From Chrysomallon squamiferum (lineage: Eukaryota > Animalia > Mollusca), in the NCBI GenBank assembly GCA_012295275.1, contig CM022670.1:32178001-32242000 (forward strand): DNA of 64,000 nucleotides, written 5' to 3'. A model generated the notes under the pieces. The model had not been told where the DNA came from. It worked only from the letters and a program-made list of their open reading frames with translations, and did not search any database. This document shows, one piece after another, positions 42,601 to 57,600 of this stretch (position 1 is its first letter; each line of letters starts with the position of its first letter). The position numbers were made by a program, and so were the translations under genes.

Positions 42601-45600
42601 TTAAATATAATAAGGCAGAAGATAATTATATCTTAAAATCAAAAACATGATAGAATTCTATCATTAAAAATTCATGAGAGGAAAACCTATACTGGATGTC
42701 TAAAATTACTTTTAAAATACAGGTTGATTTTTTTTTTTTAAATAATTATATTTTGTTTTTATCACAATAAATAAATAAATAAATAAATAAATCTTTAATT
42801 AAAAAAAAAAAATAATAATAATAATAATTATTATTATTATTATTATTACTATTATTATTATAATTATTATTATAATTATTATTATTATATTAATAAATAA
42901 AATAATAACAGTAAAAATAAATAAAATAAATAATTAATTAATATTAAAAATAATATTTGAAAATAAACAGATAACAGATATTTTCTTGGTTTCCTCACCA
43001 ACCTTGCATTCACAGTGACCCCGCTTGTCACATTTACAGACTCCGTCAGTGCGGCAAGTTGCCGAGGTCGTGCCACTAATGTCACACATGCAGGGGTCAC
43101 AAACAGGGAAACGATAATAACCAAACAGACACTGGTTACAACTGTAGCCCTGATAATCGGGCAGGCATGTGCAAGAGCCATTCACAGGGTCACACTGTTG
43201 TTTGAGGGAGCCAAACTCACTACAGTTACACCGCTGAAACAAAAATCTTAGTAATCCAGTTTATTTAAGCAGTTAAAAGGGTTTTTTGGAAGGATTTGGG
43301 GAGTAGGGGTCTTGGCAGTTTTGAGAGGAGGATTGTTTGTTCTTTTTTTCTTTTTCATTTTCTTTATTTTGTACTTTTCATTTCTTTTTTTCATGACAAA
43401 ACCAAACCAAAAAACTTCAGCACATCTGTTAATGTGTCCTGTGACCTAATAATGCAATACAGCTTTTAAATTTATGTATTTTTATAAATATTTTAATAAA
43501 TTAAAGCATAGCAGTGTTTATAAGAAGAATTTTAATGTCTATTATTAAAACAATATTCCTGAGGATATAATTTTAGTAATTCCTCCCCACCTAAATTTAC
43601 TTCATTTTCATAAATCAAGTCATGCATTGATTATGCCTTTACCCAGGTGAATAAATACATATTTACTTTTAATCTTGCATTTACTATAACTTTAAATGGC
43701 TAAATAAATATCTACTCTTCAGATGATTTTAAATACTCTAAATTTCACAAGACTATTTGTATTTTCAGTACAGCAGTTTGATCAAAATTAGTAGACTCAC
43801 TAGGGTTTTAGTATTAACTTAAATTCTAAAATACTATGCTTATAAGCAAGTAGTACTTTAAAAAAGGAAGTTTGTAGACATAAGAAGCATAAAACTCAAA
43901 ATTAAAACCAGGTTTTGACAATAATGACAAAAAACAACAAAAAGGAATAATTACAGGTGTTTTACAAGTGCAGTAAATAGACTTTAATGTGTTATGTGGT
44001 GAAAACAAACTGACAAAAGAGAATTTTAAATGAAAGACAAAAACAAACATGAGCCACACCAGTTAGTCACATTTCATTATGAAGTAACACAATGCCATAT
44101 CCATTAAACAGTGTTCTGATTATCAAATAATACATGTAACAGTAAAATACATGTCTGATGAGGATAAAAAGAATAATATTTTTATATATAAAATAATATT
44201 TTAATAATATTTATAGTAATAAATATAATTATATAATAATAAATAATATTTATAATAGTAGTAATAATAATAATAATAACAACAATAACAATAATACTAA
44301 TATTATTAATAATAATAACAGTAATAAATTTAATATTTGAGAAGAAATATTTTTATCAATGACAAGATTTCACCTAATAATTACACATTCTGTACAAGCT
44401 TAGAGATTCTATAATAACTTGTGAAGTTACCAACGCCATTATTATTGTTTTGAAACCTGAAGACTGAAATATTTTAGAACGAAAAGTTAATTTTCATGTG
44501 TTTAAAAGATCCTTCCTTCAGGTGAGTCAGTATTATACAATTATTAGCTAGATGTTTTTACCTGTATAAACGAGATTACATTAGCTTACCTTGCAGCCCT
44601 CTTTTGTGTAGTTCCAAGCATTGTCAGTACATTCCTCACACTCGGGACCTTTTGTGTTGGGTGGACACACACATTTACCTGTCCTTGGGTCACAGATATG
44701 ACCTGGCTTGTTACACGGTTCACATTCTGAAAATATCAATAAAATATGTACAACAGTAGTGATAATAATAATAATAATAGTAGTAGTAGTAATAGTAATA
44801 ATGATAATAATGATAATAATAGTAGTAGTAGTAGTAATAGTAATAATGATAATAATAACAATAATAAAAATAGTGATATTGATGATAATAATAAATGACA
44901 ATAAGAATAGCAATAATAACAATAATAATAACAGAAATTATAATAAGAGTGATGACAGTAATAGAACTTAACATGATAATAATAATAACATTAATAATAA
45001 CACAAAAATTCCAATTCAAACAGTATATAAAGAGTAAAATGCCTTTAGAAAAAATTGGATTATTTTTAAAGCTAATTCTCATTATTTATTCTTTTTATTT
45101 TCATGCTAGAGCTATGCAAGCAATATATTTGTAGAAATCCATTTCTTAACCAATAGTAATCAAATGTTTTAAATATTAAATATAATTTAAACATTTTTTT
45201 TATTTAGTAAAAAGGCTTAAATATTTGCAGCATTTAGAATTAAGGTTTAAATATCATTTGAACTAACTTTAAAAGTAAACTATTATTTTTTGTTTAATAA
45301 TCATATTTGCAAAGATCTGAAAATCTATAATATTTATAAAATACGACATATCACAGATGTCATAAACATGGATTAAACCAAAAATGGTTGTGCACACATC
45401 AGTGTTAATTCTCTTACTCTGACATCCTCCGTAGGACATCCCATAATAGCCTGGTAGACACCGATCACATTCTCTGCCCCCTACGTTCGTGCGACACGAA
45501 CACTGTCCTGACCCAGGATGACACTGGGGACTGGTGGAGCCCACACTGTTGCATTTACACGGTGTACAACCCATTCCAGACTCAATACCCCAGTAACCAG

Positions 45601-48600
45601 ACTGAAAACAACCACAAACATGCTGACACTGTTTTATGAAATCTAACTCTATTCTTATTTATTTCTAATCATTTGAATGTTAGATACTATGCAGTTTTAA
45701 TGCAGTTGTGGTTATGTTTTCACATGTAAATTTGATAAATATTAACAAAACAAAAGCAACAATTTTAAAATTATAACCACAGAATTATTATATTTACAAA
45801 CACTTTTACTATCTTCAGTTATTCAGAAATGGAAAATATAGATATTTTGATAATATTTTCATATATAGTCACACAATAATATTTTCATCAAAGTCAGAAG
45901 CTTCTATTTTTTTTTAATTATGCCAGAATGATAACCTTTTTGGGGTGCTCTAATTTCTCAGCATTTTATCAAGTATCACAAGAAACAAAATAAATTCAGG
46001 ATATAAATTTTGTATCATTTTACCTGGCACCTGTCACACTTGCTGCCTACAACATGGGGTTTACAGTTACACTGTCCAGTTCTTGCATCACACAGATTAG
46101 TCCTTTCAGTGCCTCGGCCATAACAGTTACATTCTAGAAAAAAGCCATATAACATCAGTTATAAACATGGTTATTATAATAAAAATAAATGATATGAATT
46201 TTTTATTTCTGAGTAAACAGTATGCCAAAAATATATATAAATAATTCACAGCATTGGAAAAATTTGACAAAAATCAAATTAAATTTCAGTATGTTAATAT
46301 ATTTGTATGTCTAAGATGTATTATATGTAAATTTTAAACTGGGGGATGCTATAGCTGTCTCCTGCGAGAGCTGACATTGTTTTATTATTAGATTAATATC
46401 AAATTTCAACACTTCAGTACTAATATATATCACAATGACCACATTTCAGTGTACTGATATTGATACCAAACAGAGATAATCTGTTCACTGGGTTGCTAAT
46501 AAAATTATTTAAAAAAATAAAAATAAATAAATAAATAATCTTTTAATAATTTTCTTCATTTCATCCCAGAATCATTTCTCAAACAAATATTCTGAAAAAG
46601 ATTTTATGGGCACAAACAATGTTATAATCCTAAATATATTTTGAGTATACCTTTGCAACCCATGCCACTGTAGCCATAGAAACCGTCTTTACACCTGTCA
46701 CATTTGGTTCCACTTATTCCTCTCCTACATAGACATTGTCCTGTTACTGGGTCACAAATAAGATTGCGAGAACCAGTTCTGTCACAGCGACATCGTGGAC
46801 AACCTTCGTGGATGTTTCCATATCCAGGCTACATTAAAATATATAAATTTATTAGTTCAAAGCATAAAAGTTAGGAAATGAAGAAATAATTTTATTTAAT
46901 GATACTTTCAAAAGGTTTTAAATTAAATTGATATTGCTTCATAATACAGAAAAGAAATATCTGTATGAATGGATTATACTTTTGTTTTAAACATTTTGTT
47001 ATGAAGAACTATTTATAAATATAAAAACAAACTCTAAACTTTTCCTTCATACCTCATACCTTAATGACCCAAATTTTAACAAATAATTTATCAAAAAGAA
47101 TTACAATTTCAAGACAATTTTTAAACTCAATTTTAATAAACTGTTGAGCTTAACCAATCTAATCATAATTCTTCTAATTAACAAAGAAAATGACTTTTTA
47201 AAAATCAACACTTGAAGAGTTCATATATAAAGAGTGAAAGATAATGTTTCTCTGTACCTGGCACTTATTACACTGGCGTCCTGTGTACTTGGGTTTACAT
47301 GAACATTGGCCAGTGTGGATGTCACATTCTCTTGAATATGAGCCACCTTCAAAACACTCACATGCTGCAAGAATGAAAAAAGTTATTGTTTATTCATAGT
47401 ATTAAATTCACTAAAATACTCACACTTCCAAAAATATTTCCTAGGTTCAACCAAAATAACTTTTACATTATGAACTCAATGCTGTGATACTAAAAAGAGG
47501 AATAACACTTTTATTTCATCTATGTAACTAAGATACTATTACAAGAAACTCAATATATACTTAGTGTTTGACAGATAGACATACAGAGAGATGAATAGAG
47601 ATAGATATATGCATAAATACATAGCTGCACAGACAGACAGATAGATAGACAGATAGGAAGACAGACTAGATGCACAGGAAGATAGAAAAACTGATAAAAT
47701 AGATATATAGATATAAAGATATATAGATGTAAAGATATATAGATATAAAGATGCACAGTATAAACTGAGTACATTGTTGTAACTATTCATTATAACATGA
47801 CATTCATTTCAGAACTTTTTATTTTCAGAGACATTTTTATTATGTGTTTGTTAATCATTAATTAAAACTTCAGAGAAATGCTAATCAAAAAAACAAAAAA
47901 GGCAACATTAAGAAATATTTACGTCTACAGTTTCCTTGTAAAGCTGATCCGAAGTATCCCTTTTTACAACGTTCACAAAACTCTCCTTCTGTGTTTTCTG
48001 AACACCGCAGACATTTTCCAGTGACTGGGTCACACGCCCCAGGCTCCTGGGGGTTGATGTTCCCACTGCACTGACATGGCTGACATCGGCCCCCAGGTTC
48101 ACCAGGGTTACCAAAATATCCTGACGTGCAGCTGACAGAATAACAATGACATTGCAAATTAAAATCATTAAACTTATTGCAAATGTTTTAAAAATAAAGC
48201 TGTGTACTTATTTGTATCTGGTATTAGAGAAATTACAAAATAACACTGACATTGTAATTTAAAATATAAAAACTGATTTCAATTATTACAAAAATAAGGC
48301 TGGTGTTTTTTGCATATAAAATAAAAATATAGGATATGAATGAATATTATTATTATTATGAAGATAAACAAATTTCTAATGTTCAATATTTTTTTTTTAA
48401 ATATTGAAATAGCTTTTATTAAAGTGTCTATGGAACCATTCTTTATATTATTAAAGTACTAAGTACTGTTTGTTTAAACCCATTAAAACAATTAGATACC
48501 CTGAACATTTTTTTCAAATACAAATAGTATTAAATATACATTTTGTTTACTTAAAAATGTGACATTATTTTAAAAATGATAACATTTAAAAACCATAAAT

Positions 48601-51600
48601 ATATTAACCTGAATAGAATCACTGAAAATTGTTTTTCTTTATATAGTATCACCATTGATCAAATTGTGACTGATCATATATAAAAACATTCTGCTTCTAA
48701 AGGAAATTCTGATAATCATGAAATCACAGATGAAATGCTGAAAGGCCTCTGACTATAGCAAATAAGCTAAAGAAAAACATAATAATAAAAGAGAAGAAGA
48801 AGAAATCTTAATTTTACTTACACTTCACAATGTCTTCCTGCTTGGCCTTCAGGACATTTGAGACATTCATAATCATCTGAGTCTGCAGGAGTTGGTTTAA
48901 GTCTACAACCTCCTAGAAAGTTAGCTGGACTGTTCAGGTGAGGACAAGCACATGGTTTGCAATCAGTCGACAGTCCACGTCGTGGGTCACCATAGAAACC
49001 AGGTATACACTTATCACACCTGTCACCCATTGTATTGTGCTGACAGTTCTGAAATGAAATTGTTTTAAAAATAAATTTTAAATAAATAAATAAATATTAT
49101 AAAAAGTTATTAAAATTTGAAAAATGATAGATGAGAAATTAAATATCTGGGTTGTGAGAAAGCTGTTTATTTGTCTGATAAATATAATAAAAATAAATAA
49201 TTATAAGTTTCAATTTCTTCAATGGCATTTAAATGTTATTTCACACTAGTTTTATACACTTTTTTTGAAATACAAGTTAAAACAGTAACATAAAAGAAAA
49301 TAAACAACACATACAATGCACTTTCCTGTGAGAGGGTCACAAGTTTCAGCGTGTCTGTAACAGTTACACAGCTGACACACCCCTTTGTACAGAACATTAT
49401 TCACTCGGCGATAACCAGGAGCACAGCTCTGAAATAAAACATAAAAGTCATATTAAAGGTTCTAATGGGAAAAACTATAAATAATTAAAAACTGGCAATT
49501 TGATATAAATAAAAGTAAACAAAAAGAACAATGGTTTTAATTTTATCATTATTTAAAGAGATACAGAACAGAAGTGGTCACCTCGCATGAGAGTCCAGCA
49601 AATCCGTCTGGACATTGACACTGCTCCACTGTTAGCATCGTCTTGTTGCTCAGACTGAGCGGACTTGCCATCTCCAGGGACACATCTTTGAGACTGCAAA
49701 CAACAAACTTTTATATGTAATAAATTCACATATCCTTTAAAATACATTTCAAATATTTACGTAAGTGATAAATCCTCTAAAATGAATTATCTTATAAAGC
49801 TCCAAGCTAAGATTTTAAAGTAAATGTATTAGTTTATATTAAAGAAACACGTTTGATATAAATAAAAATTAAAAATTAAAAGTTATAAAAAACTTTATAA
49901 ATAATACTAAACATTTTTCCATTAAAAAGGTACAAAATTAAAAAAATTAAGGTTTAGAAGAGGGAAAGTTTTTAAAAATTAAATATATTTAATAATTGAT
50001 TTAAAAGAAAAGAAAACCAGAGTTACTCTTACAAGACACTGTCCTGTGCTGTGTGGTAACTGGCTCGTATCAGCAGACGGTTGACATTCTGCAGGACAGT
50101 CATGAGTTCCTTCTTTGTCACTGGGTCTGTCAGCTCGTTTCTCTCATTCAGCTTCTTCCACTCAGACTCATGGAGTCTCACACTGACTCGGTTCTCCTGG
50201 GTTTCACGCAGAAACTCTCGGCCATTGGAAATCCTCATACCATTTCCCTATGAAACATGTTTCAATTCAGTCACAATTAATGAAACAAATAAAATAATAT
50301 TTTCAAAACGCATTTTTACAATCTAAAATTTAAATATAATACTGATTTTTTAATAGCATCAAAAGGCATTTAGAGAAAGCCATTCCTTCAGAAATTAACA
50401 GTTTTTGGAATTGATCAGAAATTAACTGACACTTTAAATTTAACTATGAAATTAGAAATCAGCTAGGATCACTCCCTTAATTATTAAAACTAGTTGTGGA
50501 GCTTTTTTTAGGGGTTTCTTTTTGATTCATGTCTGTTGAAAAAAATAATATATTGGCTTCTGTTTAAAAAGAAGAAGAAAGGATTACCTCTATAATAACA
50601 TCAGGCTCTGTCAGATGGTATCTTATGTCAATATTGTCATCCATGGTATACTTCATCACATAAGACAGAGTCCCACCATATGATGACAGCTAGAAAAAAA
50701 AATAGAAAATAAATTTGATAATAACTGAAAATATATAACAATAAATAAAACAATTATTTTATAAAAAAGATAAGAACGATTTTAAAATAATTAATTTAAA
50801 TATTAATATGAAATTAAATACATTAAGTATGTAATGAAGAAATTATCTCCCTTGCAAATTAAACATAATAAATAATACAGTCCAGAATTTCAGTTTTTAT
50901 TATTCACTATATTCATCTGAGAAGAAAATAATGATACTTTATATAAAAAAACAAACTGAATATAGGAAATAATAATTGTTTAAAACTTAGAAAAATGTAT
51001 TTGTTTATTCCTACTCTATTTCCAAGAAACATCATGGATGCCACCCAGTAGTAGATGTCGGCTTGCTGAGGCCAACCTGAAGAATCTGGCTGTAAATTGT
51101 GGTTGTTGCTAAGCATAAATATCTTGGCCGTTAACCAACCATCTCGTTTCTGTGGTAACAATGTAATTCCACCATTTTCTAGTGTAGAAATTGTCCATCC
51201 AGTAAGATCTGTGACCTGAAAATTAGACAGTCATAATATAAGTAAATGAATGTTTGAGGATATTTCATAAAGAAAAATTCTATAGGTTATTAGGAGGGTT
51301 ACAGAAAGTAAATGCATGAATATGTCAATAAATCTCCACAAAATGTGATATCATAGTCATCACCAAAGTAAACATATAAAATTTATCTGTTTACAGCATA
51401 AAGCAGTTTCATATCATATATAAAACTACTTTTTAAATGAGTAGTATTTGGCTTCACTAGATAAGAAAACATGGATAATAAAATGTCATAAAAGTTAAAA
51501 TGCTTTATTCACTGTTTTAGGTAACTGCCAGAAATAAATCTTGTTTTCAGAAATAGATGCTAATTATCAATTAAATATACAAGATTTTACTACGATATGA

Positions 51601-54600
51601 TATATATATAAAGGAAAACAGTATAAATATACTAAATGTATTTAAACAACTAACTGAAATAAATTTTTAATTTTAAACTTACTCTGCAGTATGATAAATA
51701 AAGCAAAGTAAAATAATTCTGTGTCACAATTTATATATGTTTTAAAGTGTCAGTAATGGTTTTTTACAATGAGGGATTTCATTATAAAGCACACAGTGAA
51801 CAAGACAAAAGAGAGTATTTTAAAACACCCACATGTACAAGACCCCAGTCTGCACTTTCACAGACTGATGAGACTCCAAAACAGAAGCATCTGGTACAGC
51901 CATCTGGATTGTTACGATCTAGATTGTAGTAGCCTGGTTTACATCGGTCACATTTCCTCCCCTCCACATATTTCTACAATTAATTTGAAAATAAAAAAAC
52001 ATTAAGATTGAACAGAATTAATATCAAATTAACTTACAATCAAGATCTGTTTGAATCTTCAGTATAAACTCTTTAAATATTTAATTGAATTATATTTATA
52101 TTTCTAAAGAAAAAAGAAATTAACTAAATAGTGCCATCAAAAGTAATATTCATCATTATTCATGTATATTATCTCTTCTTATTATTATTATTATTAAATT
52201 TGTAATTAACATTATCATTATTATTATTATTATTATTACCATTATCTTCAACATCATCATCACCAACACCTACAGAAATTAAATTCAAACATTTGTCTAT
52301 TTTGCTGATTAACATCATTATTGTGAAATTATCCATTATCAAATTGAATCAGACCAGTGCATGAATGATGACAAAAACACAATTTTACCTTACAAATACA
52401 GGCTCTGCTGCAGTCTTCAGGGTTCTGGCTTCCTGCAGGATTGCAAGGGCAAAGGCGGCAGTGGGGATAACCATAGTAACCGTAAGCACATTGCTGACAC
52501 CTAGATCCACTGAAACCTGGCTTACATAGGCAGTCTCCAGGATTCTTAAAATATAAAAGATACTCTGGTCTGTTTCTGTATGACTTTAGAACTTACATGA
52601 GAATGCCTTTTCTCAAACTTGCTTAATTCAAACCCCAAGATCAAAGCAAGATAAAGCATGCTGAAATTTAAGGAACAGCAGCATCACATTTTATTTATAG
52701 GCAGCACTGACTGCTTAAAACTTATTATCTATGATTAATAAAAAGTTCTTTAAAACTGTTTATAGTGAATGACAAATGCTAACACATTTAAATTATGACT
52801 GAAAACATTTACATACCTTGACTTAAAATGGTTTCCAATATAAATGGAAAATAATAATAGTAATAATAATAAATTATAAATGGCTAAATACCATATAAAT
52901 GCAAAATAATAAAATATATGATCTTGTTTCCAGATTTTACTATCTGACTTTATCCTCTGTCAGATGGTTCTTTTACAGTACTCATCCAGTTTGTCTTTCA
53001 TAATTTATAAACTGCTCTATATTTTTATAATATTAATTTTCTGAAATCTGAGATGGTGATCATCAATAAATATTACTGGATTATCTGCCTACCAAACCCT
53101 GGTCAGTGAGACTGTCGTCCTGGACACACTTAGAGGTTGATGTTCTTGTTTCCTGACAGTTGCATGGACGACATGGATGAGGAGAAGATGGTGTAAAGCC
53201 ACGAGGTCTGTAGTAGCCCTCAACACATTTCTCACAGTTAATTCCTGTTGTGTATTCCTGCAACAAGAAATATTAAAATAAAATCATTTTAATTTATAGA
53301 TTTTAATAATTATTTATTAAATAAACCAGTTTATTTATGTTGTATATTCCTAAAATATAAAAATATTAAAACAGAAATCATTTTAATTTATAAATTTTAA
53401 TAATCATTTATTAAATAAACTAATTTATTCCTGTTGTGATTCCTACAACAAAAAATATTAGAAGAGAAATCATTTGAATTTTAGTTTATGGTGTGATTTT
53501 ATTAATAATGCATTACATAAATCAGTTTGTTCCTGTCATGTAATCGTAAATACAAAAAAAATAAACAAAACAATTAAACATATTAATTTGTAATCTGTAG
53601 TCAAAATTTAATTTACAAAACATTATCTCCTTGATGCCTGATAAACAGTGGTAAACCAAATTTTAAAAACAAATTCAGTGAAAAAACATGCAAAATGGTT
53701 AAAAGGCATGTAAAACATATAACAATGTTCAAACTAAACAAAAAGACACTTTTAAAAAATATTCTTTTCATTCTTTTAATTTAAATGGTAAAAATGGATA
53801 AAAACAAATGTTTATGAAATTCATTTTTTATATTTATGTGCTGAAGCATACATCAGATACTGAATGGAAATACAATGAGAATTATTTTCTGCAGCTTACC
53901 TTACAGTTAAGACACACTCCACCCCCTTCGTACTGCCCATGAATGTTGAGACTGAGATGATGAGCAGCAACAGTGGCATTGTACACACAGTTGTCAGCTT
54001 TGTTGTGACAGTTGCATTCTGGAACGAACAGAATGGACGAATAAAGGAATAAAGGAAACAAATGAAGGGATAAAGATTAATTAAATGACTAAAATTACAT
54101 ATAATACAAAATTTTAAGTGTCTTTTATTTTTATTAGAATAAGTGTTAAGTGAAATTCAATACTGCAAATATATCCACTATAATTAGGCATGATCTGGTT
54201 TCATATTTCATAATTAGAAATATCTAAATGTTGAATTTTGCACTTTATATGAAAGAGACAGATGGACAACAATAATAGATGCTCATCACAAAAATAAATA
54301 ATGAATAAGTAAAAGAAATGGAAATATTTTAGTAACTTGCAGAAAATTAAGTATTTTAATTCTCTAAAAATTGCATGCTAAAATATGTATTTCAGATAAC
54401 TGTTACTGTAATTCTGTGATAAAGATAATTTGTATTGTTGATGTAATGAAAAACAAATTCATATTTTAGAAATAATTTAAATAGCTTTTAACCTCAAACT
54501 AAGTGACTGTAAAATTCGACATAACAATTATAAATTACATGTATGATAAACTGTAAAAAAAGATAATGAACTGATATATAATACTTAATAAAAAAAAAAT

Positions 54601-57600
54601 GTAGAAAAAACTAAAGCAATATAAAATAAAACATTTCTCATAAATACAAAATAAATAAAAATAGGAAATTCAATACTGCTAATACATCCACTATAAAATG
54701 AGTCACTGTCTGTATATCTGAATGCCTACATTCACATTCTGTCAATAGTTATCTGTCTTCTGACAGAGTTATCTGACATGGGCATTAATTACATGCTTCA
54801 TTTCCCAGTCTATCTTCCATAAACATGTGTCATGAGCAGAATGTTACAGAAACCAATTAATAACCACAAAATACCAGTTATCAATTGAAAGATTTATTGC
54901 AGCAAAGCCTATTAATAATTTTTTTTTTTTAAATAATTAAATTTGATATGGTAAAACCTATAAATAATAAATCTATTAAAAATAATAATAATAATATAGA
55001 TTTATGACCCAAAAGTTTATTATGAAAGTATTTATTTAAAAAAATTAAACATACAATAAATCATAATAAAATATTGCATTTATTAAATTTGTCATTGCAA
55101 ATAATAGCTACACATGTTAATTTTTTTATTTTGTAAAGAAGAGCAAATATGTCAAATGTAATTGTATAATTTACATTATTTTTATTATTATTATTACTCA
55201 AAGTTTGGTTTTCACAAATGTATGATAAAATTTAAAACAGTCTTTATTTGAATGTTTTATTTAATGGCAGTATGTTTTGGATTTTACTTCACATCTTTTC
55301 ATGGGAAAAAAAAAAGATATTTTGTTTAAAAATTTAATTTATATTTATCATGATAAAAGACAGTAATAACAGGTGCTAAATATATGTAAGCTGAGATCCA
55401 ATTTGATTTAACCTGGGTCTTAATTCATATTCAACTTATAATGCATGAACATTAGTTTGTGGCAACATAAACCTGATCTTCAAGTGAATGAAATGAAATT
55501 AGTGTTGTGCCATATTTTAATGTGTTTCTTTTCTTTTCTTTAGAGAAGGGTGAAATTCTGTAAATATTTTATTTTTAAACTTTTTTTCATATTATAATAA
55601 ATTGGTGCTTATTTTTAGAAAAAAAAACTTTAGCAAAAAGGGATATTATTCACAGATTTACACATTTAAATTAAAAAACATAATTAAAAAGAAAATAATT
55701 ATATTATAAATACATTTTAAAATCTTCTTTTAATAATAAAAGTCTGTTTCTGTGTATCTTTTTGTACATTTAGTCTTTAATGTGAATGTTTTCTGTGTGT
55801 GAAGTAGCTGTGGTAGATGTAAAACACGTCATTACTTTCACACTCGAAGGTGAGGCCACTTCGTCCCCTCTGCCAGGGAACCTGGTGGTAGCCAGGACAG
55901 CATCTCTCACAGTTATCTCCACATGTGTTGTCTTCACACTGACACTGCATCCTCTGAAACATCAACCACATCACCATTTGTATTATCTTTTACTTTTTTC
56001 TTCATTCTTAATTTTATTTTTATTATTTATTATTATTTATTTTTTTTTTGTTTTTTTTTTTCAAAAAAGGATAACAGTTTTAATGATATTTTTGTTTGTT
56101 TTTTATAGTAATACATTTAGGAAAAATACTGATTGGTAATACTGTTTTATTCTGTTATGTATTTGATTATTATCATGATTATGAGTTTGTTAATTGTGGA
56201 GAAAAAAAAACAATTAAAAATACTTCAAGACTGCTAAATATAATTCAAATTCAAATTCAAATTCAAATTTCAAATGATGTAATAATAATATAGTGGAGTA
56301 ACATTAATGGAACTGTTGTAGACATGTGTTTTTTTTTTTTTTTTTTTATGGCCCAGTACAATTCAAACATATACCAAATGTTACCACAAAGCAAGGAGTT
56401 TCTTATATTTCTCTTTTGTTTTTATATATAAATACTTTTAACTCTGTGAAAGACAGAAATACTGTTTAAATTTGTAAAATGAAGATGGGTTAGAGTACAT
56501 ACATCTGGCAAGCTGGTGTGTCTCTGACACCATTTAGCATGTCCGTAGCAGATACACAGACCTCCCACCGATATGTCCTTCAGTGAATAGAAGTACTGCA
56601 AATACCAACGTCAACGTTAATAACAACATTAATAACAATGTCATATAATAACAACAATAATAACAATGTCATATAATAACAACAATAATGATGATCATGG
56701 ACTACTACTAATATTAACAATTTAACATCTTAATAATTATTGTCTAATAATAGTAAAATGTAATAATAATAACAATGTAATTATGTAATATAATAACAGA
56801 AATAATAATTATGTACTACTATTAATAATAAGGGTAAAATCTTAATATTAATTGTGGAATAATATTAAAATTTATAATAATAATAATAATAATAATGGTG
56901 CAACAAAAGTGTAATAATTATTATTATAATTATTATAATCACATCAAATTGTGGCTAAAAGTATATTTATTCTCATTAAATTTTTTTTTTTAAATAAAAT
57001 AAAAACACCTTTGCATACAGAATGTGAAGGAATTATTAACAGATGTGAATTTTTGTAAAAAGATCTTGCGTATCCTGATGTGTTCTGACTGTAGTAATTA
57101 CCAGTGTGGTAAATGTCAAGTTACTCTTTTATTCATGATGTGTTGGATGTAATCTCTTTAACAATAATGAAACAAGCTACTCAGTGCAGCAAACAATGCA
57201 TACAGTCATTTTAACACATGTAAATAATAATAATAATAATAATAATAAAAAGAATAATAAAATAATAATAATAATAAAGTAAATAAATTAGTAATTTAAA
57301 CAGTTATTTAAAATATGGCACCTTCATTTCTGGATTTAAAAGAAATACAAAGGTAAAAGAAAACACTTTTTGCTTAAAACAGGTTTATGCAGAATTATGC
57401 ATCTTCAGCTGTAGATTTTGAAAGGGTGATGTGGATAAAGATGATTATTTTAAAAATGTTTATTTATTGAAGCTCACCCTTCTGGTGACTGATGGGTCTA
57501 TGTCTTTGTAATTGGTTCTCTGTAGTGTCATCAGATCTGCATTCAGCGTGCGTATTTTCTGTAATCTCAGACGGATATATTTAGCTGAGGTAAATTCCTG

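Noticed and set aside
44581-45134. Long poly-Ile/Thr/Tyr ORFs (also 25745-25990 and 30466-30856)
   Set aside because: They are translations of microsatellite tracts.
46339-46385. Short GC-rich motif (gggggatgctatagctgtctcctgcgagagctgac) resembling the end of a non-autonomous element
   Set aside because: Too short, with no second terminus or target-site duplication visible.
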